Assembly (NCBI GenBank): GCA_018268775.1
Contig: JAFDVV010000019.1
Location: forward strand, 156,483-220,482
Reading direction: 5' to 3'
Source: Acidobacteriota bacterium
GTDB taxonomy: Bacteria > Acidobacteriota > Terriglobia > Terriglobales > Acidobacteriaceae
DNA: 64,000 nt
The position numbers and the translations under genes are program-made. The notes under the pieces are model-generated. The model saw only the letters and a list, made by a program, of their open reading frames with translations. It searched no databases and was not told where the DNA came from. Within the stretch, counting starts at the first letter, position 1. Each line of letters begins with the position of its first letter. Below are positions 54,022 through 61,919 of the stretch, in pieces.

Positions 54022-54426
54022 ATGAGGCTCAAGGCCACATGCTCGTTGTTGCTGTTCCTTCTGGTGGGCGTTCAGGGGTTTGCATCGGTGTGCGCTGTGC
54101 GCTGCGAGACGATGGCGAGCATGGGTTCTTTGAGCCGGATGTCAGGGATGGCGAATTGTCAGATGGCATCCCAATCCGGTTCCAATGATCAGGAGATGGC
54201 CGCTTATATATCGTCTCAGTCTTGTGCCGGCCATCTCTGCACGAACGATTGGACGTTTCTCCAAAATCAAGTTGACCATGAACTGAACGTTGCAGCATTG
54301 CCAATGGCCTTTGCAGGTCATCCCATAGTGCCCATTCCAATTGCAAGCCGTTTGCAATTCGATGCCAATCGAAGTACGCGCTCCATCCCGCCTTTCGATC
54401 CACTCATTTCCAATCTCCGCGTCTAG
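54022..54426 (+). CDS. Small secreted Cys/Met-rich protein (paralog B), first gene of the cop operon
   Basis: The Met at 54022 gives signal peptide MRLKATCSLLLFLLVGVQGFASV. NCQMASQSG, CAGHLC, C-terminal PPFDPLISNLRV. The ORF-track start at 53650 is an antisense extension over paralog A. Confidence 0.55.
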   Translation: MRLKATCSLLLFLLVGVQGFASVCAVRCETMASMGSLSRMSGMANCQMASQSGSNDQEMAAYISSQSCAGHLCTNDWTFLQNQVDHELNVAALPMAFAGHPIVPIPIASRLQFDANRSTRSIPPFDPLISNLRV

Positions 54427-54613
54427 TCTCGGTCTTCGCCGCGTCTTCGCAGGCTGAACGAATGAGATGTGTCGCTCATTGACAGCGACATTCTTCCGTT
54501 CCGCCTCCGCGCACAAATCCTGCCGTCAATTCATCTCCGCATTCCTGGCTCCAATGGGCCAAATGCAGGCGTGAGCTGAATTCCTTTAGGGCAGAAACAG
54601 ATCAGGAGAAGTT

Positions 54614-56659
54614 ATGTACAAAAACGACAAAACCGAGGATCGCGGTATTTTCCCTGTCAGCCGCCGCCGCTTCGTTCAGGGTCTGGCCACGGGTGGAGCG
54701 CTCGCGGCACTGGAATGGGGCGGGCTGCGGGCCTTTGGCGAGGCCGCGCCGCACACGCCACCAACTCTTTCGGGCAAGCATTTCGAGCTTACGATCGATA
54801 CTTTGCCGGTGAACTATACGGGAAAACGTTCCGTAGCGACCGCAGTAAATGGCTCAGTACCGGGACCGATTCTGCGATGGAAAGAAGGCGATTCGATCAC
54901 GATAGCCGTGACCAACCGCCTGAAGGAACCGACTTCGATTCACTGGCATTCCATACGACTTCCATCGGATATGGACGGCGTGCCGGGATTGAGCTTTTCC
55001 GGCATCGCGCCCGGCGAGACTTTTCACTACCGCTTCCCCGTGGTGCAGAACGGCACCGCATGGTATCACAGCCACAGCCGTTTCCAGGAGCAGCTTGGAC
55101 TGATTGGCGCCATCATTATCGAACCCCGTCATAAAGACCCCATTGAGTTTGACCGAGAGTATGTGGTCTTTCTCTCCGACTGGACCGATACCAATCCGGA
55201 AATACTCTTCAACAATCTGAAAGAGCAAAGTAACTATTACAACTATCATCGGCTTACCTTGCCTGACTTCATATCCGAGGCGAAACGGAATGGCCTGAGA
55301 CGGACCATTTCCGACCGGCTTATGTGGGCAAAGATGAACATGAGTCCGATGGACATTCTCGATGTAACGGGTTCGACCTATACCTACCTGCTGAACGGAA
55401 ATAATCCAACCACGAACTGGACGGGCCTCTTCAAGTCCGGAGAACGAATCCGCCTTCGCTTCATCAATGGATCTTCCATGACAGCTTTCGATGTGCGCAT
55501 ACCGGGTTTGTCAATGACGGTGGTGCAGGCCGATGGCAACGACACGGAGCCGGTCAAAGTGGATGAATTCCGTATCGCTGTTGCCGAGACTTACGACGTA
55601 ATTGTTCAGCCGCGGGACGATGCCGCGTATACCATTTTTGCGCAATCACAGGACCGCAGCGGTTATGCACGTGGAACGCTCGCCTCCAGGATGGGAATGA
55701 CAGCAGCGGTTCCTGCCATGGACCCGGTTCCGATGCGCACAATGATGGCTATGGGCATGCCTATGGGCAACATGAAGGGCATGAAGATGGGGGGCATGGA
55801 AGGCATGAACATGTCCGGTGTCGATGGCATGACGAAGAAAGACATGTCCGCGCCGAACGGAAATTCCGAGAACAAAGAACAAGACATGTCTGGAATGGAC
55901 ATGGGCGGCCAGAGCATGTCCGGCATGAACATGGGCAATCAGAGCATGGAAGAGATGGACATGGGTTCTCATCCGGCGAAGCACGATATGGCAACCAAGC
56001 CTCCCGAGATGCAAGGCATGGCCGGCATGGAGATGGGCAACAGCACCGGCACTATACCTTTTCCGCAACCCGGTCCAAACACCATGCCCATCATGTCCAT
56101 GTCCATGGCTGAAATGAAAAGGGCTGAAGCAAAGCTGAAGCCGTCCAACCCCGTGAAGCTGCATACGGGACCGCAAATTGATAACGTGCCGATGGAGGTC
56201 ACTGAGCGGCTGAACGATCCCGGTATCGGATTGGAGAACAATGGGCGGCGCGTGCTGACCTACGCCGATCTGCGCGCGCGCTATCGCGGCGTGGATGGAA
56301 GGCCGCCGACGCGGGAAATCGAGTTGCACCTGACGGGCAACATGGAGCGGTTCATCTGGGGGTTCAACGGCGAGAAATTCTCCAGCGCCGAACCAATTCA
56401 CATGAAGCTCGGGGAGCGGATTCGCATTGTGCTTGTCAACGACACGATGATGGAACACCCAATCCATCTGCACGGCCTATGGAGTGAACTGGAGAATGGG
56501 CATGGGGCCTTCAACCCGTACAAGCACACCATCAACGTGAAGCCTGCTGAACGGGTGAGCTATCTCGTCAGCGCGGACACGCCCGGACATTGGGCCTTTC
56601 ACTGTCATCTGCTCTATCACATGGAGGCTGGGATGTTCAGAACGGTGGTGGTGTCATGA
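54614..56659 (+). CDS. copA: Copper-resistance multicopper oxidase (CopA/PcoA-type) with Tat signal and Met-rich insert
   Basis: RRRFVQGLATGGALAAL twin-arginine signal. Cu-site motifs HWHS, WYHSH, HPIHLHG and HCHLLYHMEAGM. The Met-rich region spans about 55740-56040. Confidence 0.9.
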   Translation: MYKNDKTEDRGIFPVSRRRFVQGLATGGALAALEWGGLRAFGEAAPHTPPTLSGKHFELTIDTLPVNYTGKRSVATAVNGSVPGPILRWKEGDSITIAVTNRLKEPTSIHWHSIRLPSDMDGVPGLSFSGIAPGETFHYRFPVVQNGTAWYHSHSRFQEQLGLIGAIIIEPRHKDPIEFDREYVVFLSDWTDTNPEILFNNLKEQSNYYNYHRLTLPDFISEAKRNGLRRTISDRLMWAKMNMSPMDILDVTGSTYTYLLNGNNPTTNWTGLFKSGERIRLRFINGSSMTAFDVRIPGLSMTVVQADGNDTEPVKVDEFRIAVAETYDVIVQPRDDAAYTIFAQSQDRSGYARGTLASRMGMTAAVPAMDPVPMRTMMAMGMPMGNMKGMKMGGMEGMNMSGVDGMTKKDMSAPNGNSENKEQDMSGMDMGGQSMSGMNMGNQSMEEMDMGSHPAKHDMATKPPEMQGMAGMEMGNSTGTIPFPQPGPNTMPIMSMSMAEMKRAEAKLKPSNPVKLHTGPQIDNVPMEVTERLNDPGIGLENNGRRVLTYADLRARYRGVDGRPPTREIELHLTGNMERFIWGFNGEKFSSAEPIHMKLGERIRIVLVNDTMMEHPIHLHGLWSELENGHGAFNPYKHTINVKPAERVSYLVSADTPGHWAFHCHLLYHMEAGMFRTVVVS

Positions 56660-57474
56660 GCGCCCGCGCGAATTTTCACAGCAAAACCGCATGGTTGAAA
56701 TCCGCTCTTTACGCCTCCATGGCGGTCATCGTCGGAATCATGCCGTTTCTGTATTCAGCGCCGCTTTCCGCCCAGGCGTCAGAGGCGCCCGGCAAAGTGG
56801 TCGCTACCATTCCCGGCTCCCAGTCTCCGGTCCAGGATGACAAAATCTTTAAGCATGTGCTGCTGGATCAATTTGAAGGGCGCACGAACGGTGCGAACAA
56901 CGAACTGCGTTGGGATGGAGAAGCATGGGCGGGCACGGACATGAACCGGCTCTGGCTCAAATCGGAAGGGTTTGCCAGCGCCAGCGGCGTAAGCGATGGC
57001 GACCAGGAATTTCTGTATGACCGTCCGATTTCACGGCTAAAGTATTTCGACGCGCAGGCAGGCGTGCGCGCCGATCTGGATTCCGGCCCAGCTCGCGCGT
57101 GGGCGGCCATCGGTATTGAAGGACTTGCGCCCTATTACTTTGAATTTGCACCCACACTCTACATCCGCAATGACGGCCATGTCGCCGGTCGAATCACCGG
57201 ATTTTATGATCTGTTGTTTACACAACGGTTGATTGCAGAACCCGAAGCGGAATTGAACTTTTACAGCAAGGACGATGCTGCGCGCGGAATAGGGTCGGGC
57301 CTTTCAGAATTGGACACGGGTGTGCGGTTACGTTACGAGTTCAGCCGCAAATTTGCGCCCTATGCCGGTTTTGCCTACACCGGCAGGTATGGGAATACCG
57401 CCAGCTATGCGCGGCGAGCAGAAGAAGACGCCAGCAATTCCAGCTTCATATTCGGCCTTCGGCTCTGGTATTGA
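56656..57474 (+). CDS. copB: Copper resistance protein B (CopB/PcoB outer-membrane protein)
   Basis: The start ATG overlaps the copA stop in an ATGA arrangement. Conserved CopB-type C-terminal beta-barrel segments (NELRWDGEAWAGTDMNRLW, YAGFAYTGRYG). Confidence 0.8.
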   Translation: MSARANFHSKTAWLKSALYASMAVIVGIMPFLYSAPLSAQASEAPGKVVATIPGSQSPVQDDKIFKHVLLDQFEGRTNGANNELRWDGEAWAGTDMNRLWLKSEGFASASGVSDGDQEFLYDRPISRLKYFDAQAGVRADLDSGPARAWAAIGIEGLAPYYFEFAPTLYIRNDGHVAGRITGFYDLLFTQRLIAEPEAELNFYSKDDAARGIGSGLSELDTGVRLRYEFSRKFAPYAGFAYTGRYGNTASYARRAEEDASNSSFIFGLRLWY

Positions 57475-57514
57475 AGCCTATTCATGTCAATGTCTAATCG
57501 GAAGGGAAGATATT

Positions 57515-58090
57515 ATGCGTAAGTTCTGGCTGGGATTTGTCATTGCTGTCATTATCATTTTCGTCGGCGGATTCCTTTATGTGCGCTTTGGGTTCGTTGA
57601 TCCACGCGCTGATATAGAGATAGGTCATCTTGAACGGGATCTGGCGATGCCTTCGCTCGATGCTGCCGTAGACCGGCGGGCACCCGACATCAAAAACCCA
57701 ATCGAGGCGAATGACGCGAATCTGATTGCCGGGATGAAGGTGTATCAGGCCAATTGCGCCAGTTGCCACGGTGATATCCATCATCCGCATGGGCAGCTAG
57801 CGGATTCGTTCTATCCGCGCGCTCCCCAGTTTGTCGACGATGCGCCAGATATGCCTGAAAATCAAAACTTCTACATCATCCAGCATGGCATTCGCCTGAG
57901 CGGGATGCCCGCCTGGAAGCCCATCCTCAACGAACAACAGATGTGGCAGGTGACCATATTTTTGAGCCACATGGATAAACTCCCACCGGATGTCTCCACG
58001 CAATGGAAGAATGCTGCGGGAGGTACGACGAGTCAGCCGTCACAGCCGGATGCTCCCGCCCAGAAAGGCCACGCGGGCATGAAGATGTAA
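57515..58090 (+). CDS. Membrane-anchored c-type cytochrome
   Basis: The ATG at 57515 is preceded by GGAAGGGAAG. N-terminal TM helix, CASCHG haem-binding motif, and a distal Met (SGMPAW). The ORF-track start at 57320 overlaps copB. Confidence 0.7.
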   Translation: MRKFWLGFVIAVIIIFVGGFLYVRFGFVDPRADIEIGHLERDLAMPSLDAAVDRRAPDIKNPIEANDANLIAGMKVYQANCASCHGDIHHPHGQLADSFYPRAPQFVDDAPDMPENQNFYIIQHGIRLSGMPAWKPILNEQQMWQVTIFLSHMDKLPPDVSTQWKNAAGGTTSQPSQPDAPAQKGHAGMKM

Positions 58091-58204
58091 TGTACGTCTT
58101 ATGGCCGGCGTCAAAGATGCGTGCGGCTTCATTCGCTGTCAGATAAGCACAAATACCAATCGGGCCTTTGACATCAATCATCAGCATTTGAGCACGGATA
58201 AACG

Positions 58205-58921
58205 ATGACCATACTTACGCTAATCTCGTGGATTTCTCTCGGACTGGCTTTTCTCTCGGCCATCGTAATCGCAGTTGACGAGCTGCGCCGGCCGCAGGAG
58301 ATGTGGATCATGAATATCGTTTGGCCGGTGACCGCGCTCTACTTCAGTATCTTTGCGGTTTGGGCCTATTTCAGAATCGGCACGGGCATGACCAAGCGTG
58401 CAATGCAGGGCATGTCGCAGGACCAGATGCAACAGCACAAAAAGGAACAGGAGGAGCAGGCGAGACGTAATCCTGCCTGGCACCAAACTGCGGTTTCTGA
58501 TAGCCATTGTGGTGCCGGATGTACTCTCGGCGACATCATTGCCGAGTTTTCCATTTTCGGACTAGGACTTACGCTGTTCAGCGAGCGAATCTTTGCCGAA
58601 TATGCCGGAGACCTTTTGCTGGCTTGGCTTCTCGGCATTGTGTTTCAATATTTCACGATCAAACCGATGCGGAACCTCAGCCCCGCACAGGGATTGCTCG
58701 CAGCGGTCAAGGCGGACACTCTTTCCATCCTGACCTTTGAAATCGGCCTCTTTGCCTGGATGGCCATCACTTACTTCATCCTCTTTCCACATCCACATTT
58801 AAAGCCCAACCAGCCCGCGTACTGGTTCATGATGCAGATCGGCATGGTACTGGGATTTTTCACCTCGTATCCGATGAACCGTGTTCTGGTGAAGATCGGA
58901 TGGAAGGAGGCAATGGGATGA
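58205..58921 (+). CDS. Polytopic membrane protein with an HCGAGC motif (DUF4396-like)
   Basis: 238 aa with about 5-6 TM helices and a central SDSHCGAGCTLGD motif. Confidence 0.5.
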   Translation: MTILTLISWISLGLAFLSAIVIAVDELRRPQEMWIMNIVWPVTALYFSIFAVWAYFRIGTGMTKRAMQGMSQDQMQQHKKEQEEQARRNPAWHQTAVSDSHCGAGCTLGDIIAEFSIFGLGLTLFSERIFAEYAGDLLLAWLLGIVFQYFTIKPMRNLSPAQGLLAAVKADTLSILTFEIGLFAWMAITYFILFPHPHLKPNQPAYWFMMQIGMVLGFFTSYPMNRVLVKIGWKEAMG

Positions 58922-60069
58922 TCCACGCAATCGAACATGCGCTGGCCATGGCCGGAACGATGGGTTGGGAGATTCTTTGGGCACTTGTTCTCGGCTTCTG
59001 GCTTTCGGCTGTGATTCAGGCAGTTGTGTCAAAAGAAGAGATGGGCCGATTGTTGCCCGATGACTCCCCCAAGACGATTGCACTGGCCTGTGGTCTAGGA
59101 GCGGCTTCGTCCTCGTGTTCGTATGCTGCCGTGGCGCTTGCGCGGTCAATGTTCCGCAAAGGAGCGAACTTCACGGCCTCGATGGCGTTCCAGTTCGCGT
59201 CGACGAATCTCGTTCTCGAATTGGGAATCCTTCTCGCGGTCCTGATGGGCTGGCAGTTCACGCTGGCCGAATTCACTGGCGGCCCGCTGATGATTGTCGT
59301 CCTCGTGTTCCTTTTTAAGGTGTTCCTGACACCGAAAATTGTCGATGCGGCACGGAATCAGGCTGATAAAGGGTTGCAGGGTCGAATGGAAGGCCACGCT
59401 GGCATGGATATGTCAGTACATGAAGGCACGATTTGGCAGCGGATGAGTTCCAGCAAGGGGCGCACTGCAATCAGTCATTTCTTCGTAATGGACTGGGCTT
59501 CCCTCTGGATGGACATCGGCGTTGGCCTGTTGATTGCCGGAGCGCTAGCGGCCTGGGTGCCGAAGCATTTCTGGCAGGCATTCTTCTTTCAGGGGCATCC
59601 GTTCTTGGCGAAACTTTTGGGGCCGCTTATCGGGCCGCTCGTTGCTATCGTGTCGTTTGTCTGCTCAGTCGGCAATGTTCCATTGGCGGCGGTCCTCTGG
59701 AACGGGGGTATCAGTTTCGGCGGAGTCGTGGCTTTTCTGTTCGCCGATCTGATTGTGCTGCCAATCCTAGATATTTATCGCAAGTATTATGGTCTCAAGG
59801 TCAGCGCCTTCCTGCTTGTTGTCTTTTACGTCTCGATGGCAGCCGCCGCATTGGTTGTCGAATTTATCTTTGGTGCGCTTCACCTGGTTCCACAGCAACG
59901 CAATGCACGCCTTGTGGAAGAAGCGATTCGCTGGAACTATACAACATCGCTTAACGTTGCATTCCTCATTGTGGCGGCATTCCTTATCGTGCGATTTTTG
60001 CGGACAGGTGGCCCGCAGATGCTGCGTATGATGAACGCTCCGCAAAGCGGCGAGCACGAACGAGCATAA
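58918..60069 (+). CDS. Permease of the UPF0718/ArsP-like family (putative metal transporter)
   Basis: The ATG at 58918 overlaps the upstream stop in an ATGA arrangement. Multi-TM protein with GLGAASSSCSYAAVALARSMFRKGA and CSVGNVPLAAVLW motifs. Confidence 0.55.
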   Translation: MIHAIEHALAMAGTMGWEILWALVLGFWLSAVIQAVVSKEEMGRLLPDDSPKTIALACGLGAASSSCSYAAVALARSMFRKGANFTASMAFQFASTNLVLELGILLAVLMGWQFTLAEFTGGPLMIVVLVFLFKVFLTPKIVDAARNQADKGLQGRMEGHAGMDMSVHEGTIWQRMSSSKGRTAISHFFVMDWASLWMDIGVGLLIAGALAAWVPKHFWQAFFFQGHPFLAKLLGPLIGPLVAIVSFVCSVGNVPLAAVLWNGGISFGGVVAFLFADLIVLPILDIYRKYYGLKVSAFLLVVFYVSMAAAALVVEFIFGALHLVPQQRNARLVEEAIRWNYTTSLNVAFLIVAAFLIVRFLRTGGPQMLRMMNAPQSGEHERA

Positions 60070-60181
60070 GTCATGTCCCTCTACTCATGGACCATCTCAG
60101 CCGTTTTGAAAATGACGCTCTGAAAACCTTCTAGGCGCGAACTGCGCTCCGAGACCGGGAGCGTTGCCGCAAGTATGAAGG

Positions 60182-61207
60182 ATGGCAGCATCGCCAATCT
60201 GCGACTATAATTGTCGTATATTGGCGATGTTTAGCATAAACAAAGACTTAGAAACGACAGCGGCCCCTTCGTTCAGAGTCGCACCGATCCTTTGGGCAGT
60301 TCTCGGCGGTTTGGCGTCGTTGCTGCTTGGCGTCTTGATCTGGCAAGGGATCACCTCATCCGGCAACCCGGATCCGTTGGTTCAGGCCCGCGGCTCTCTT
60401 GCTGGAACTCTCGACATCGCCATTCTTGTGTTCCGTGAAGGGCTGGAGTGCATCCTGGTCCTTTCGGCCATTACCGCCAGCATGGTCAAATCGCACGAGC
60501 CTTATCAGCGCCCGGTGGCTGCGGGCGTTGGGGTGGGCTTTCTGGCCACACTCGCGACTTGGTTTATTGCGGTTGGTGTTGTGGACGATTTGACGAAGAG
60601 CCTGAATGCGCTTTACGTGCAGGCCGCTACCGGCCTGCTGGCTATATTTGTTCTTCTGGTCGTTATGAATTGGTTTTTCCATAAGGTCTATTGGACGGGA
60701 TGGATATCGATGCATAACAAAAGAAAGCGCAGCCTTATCGAGTGCGCGGCGACTGAGGATACCTCGAACCGGAAAGTGTTCTTTGGAATGGCGCTCCTGG
60801 GCTTTACCTCTTTTTACAGAGAGGGCGTGGAAGTGGTCTTGTTTTTGCAGAGCTATCGGTTGAAGCTGGGCGGAGATTCTGTTTTTTACGGGGTACTGCT
60901 CGGCCTGCTCTTCACTGGAATCGTGGCAATTCTGACGTTTTTAGGACATAGGAAGCTGCCCTACAAGCGGATGCTGGTGCTGACGGGCGTGATGCTCGGA
61001 GCCGTACTGCTTGTAATGGTGGGTGAGCAGGCCCAGGAGATGCAGTTGGCGCATTGGCTGCCTACGACACAAATCCCGTGGCTTGCGAACTTGATTCCAG
61101 CCTGGATGGGGTTGTGGCTCTCGGTGTATCCAACTGTCCAGACATTGACAGCCCAGGCCGTCGCTGGTGTCGCGGTAATCGGCTCATACTTCGTGGCGCG
61201 ACGCTGA
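60182..61207 (+). CDS. FTR1/EfeU-family iron (metal) permease
   Basis: Two REGxE motifs (FREGLECILVL, YREGVEVVLFL) and 7 predicted TM helices. Met-16 at 60227 is an alternative start. Confidence 0.75.
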   Translation: MAASPICDYNCRILAMFSINKDLETTAAPSFRVAPILWAVLGGLASLLLGVLIWQGITSSGNPDPLVQARGSLAGTLDIAILVFREGLECILVLSAITASMVKSHEPYQRPVAAGVGVGFLATLATWFIAVGVVDDLTKSLNALYVQAATGLLAIFVLLVVMNWFFHKVYWTGWISMHNKRKRSLIECAATEDTSNRKVFFGMALLGFTSFYREGVEVVLFLQSYRLKLGGDSVFYGVLLGLLFTGIVAILTFLGHRKLPYKRMLVLTGVMLGAVLLVMVGEQAQEMQLAHWLPTTQIPWLANLIPAWMGLWLSVYPTVQTLTAQAVAGVAVIGSYFVARR

Positions 61208-61301
61208 TCTATTGCAGTCGTAGGCTTCACTTCACATTGCCCTCTGGCCTAATACTGTGGCGTTGAAATGGAGTGTTGGCAAAGTCTGAAACTCGGGGAG
61301 G

Positions 61302-61919
61302 ATGCATTTGAGCGACTGCGGCTGCGAGGCAAAACTCGAATTTCCCGCGCAGCGGCGAGTTCTCTCGATCGCTCTAGGATTGAACGCAACTATGTTCGTA
61401 GTTGGCATGGTTGCTGGGCTGATAGGTCAATCCAGTGGCTTGATCGCCGATTCTCTCGATATGTTTGCCGATGCGGTCGCCTATGGCATTGCATTGAGTG
61501 CATTGCATCGTGGCGCCATCTTTAAGGCGAGGGCGGCAATGGTAAGCGGCGGAGTATTGCTGGTCCTCGGTATCGGCGTTCTATTGGACGTTATCCTCCG
61601 CGGAGTACTTGGCAGTACTCCAGAGAGCCGCGTAATGATTGGTATCGCTAGTATCTCGCTATTAGTGAACGCAACCGTCTTGTACCTGTTGGGGAAGTAC
61701 CGGGATCAAGGCGCGCATCTGCGCGCCACTTGGATATTCACGCGAGTGGACGTGATCGCCAACCTGGCGGTGATCCTCTCCGGTCTGGCCATATTGCTTA
61801 CCGGATTCCGCTTCGTTGACCTTATCGTCGGCGCAGCGATTGGATTGTATGTCATCAAAGAAGCATTCGAGATCATCAGCGAAGGGAGGCGGGCTAGACG
61901 AAAGGTACAACAATCATAA
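61302..61919 (+). CDS. Cation diffusion facilitator, transmembrane domain only (no cytoplasmic C-terminal domain)
   Basis: 205 aa and six TM helices. CDF signature SGLIADSLDMFADAVAY and a second acidic site (FTRVDVIANL). N-terminus is MHLSDCGCE. GGGGAGG lies upstream of the ATG. Confidence 0.65.
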   Translation: MHLSDCGCEAKLEFPAQRRVLSIALGLNATMFVVGMVAGLIGQSSGLIADSLDMFADAVAYGIALSALHRGAIFKARAAMVSGGVLLVLGIGVLLDVILRGVLGSTPESRVMIGIASISLLVNATVLYLLGKYRDQGAHLRATWIFTRVDVIANLAVILSGLAILLTGFRFVDLIVGAAIGLYVIKEAFEIISEGRRARRKVQQS

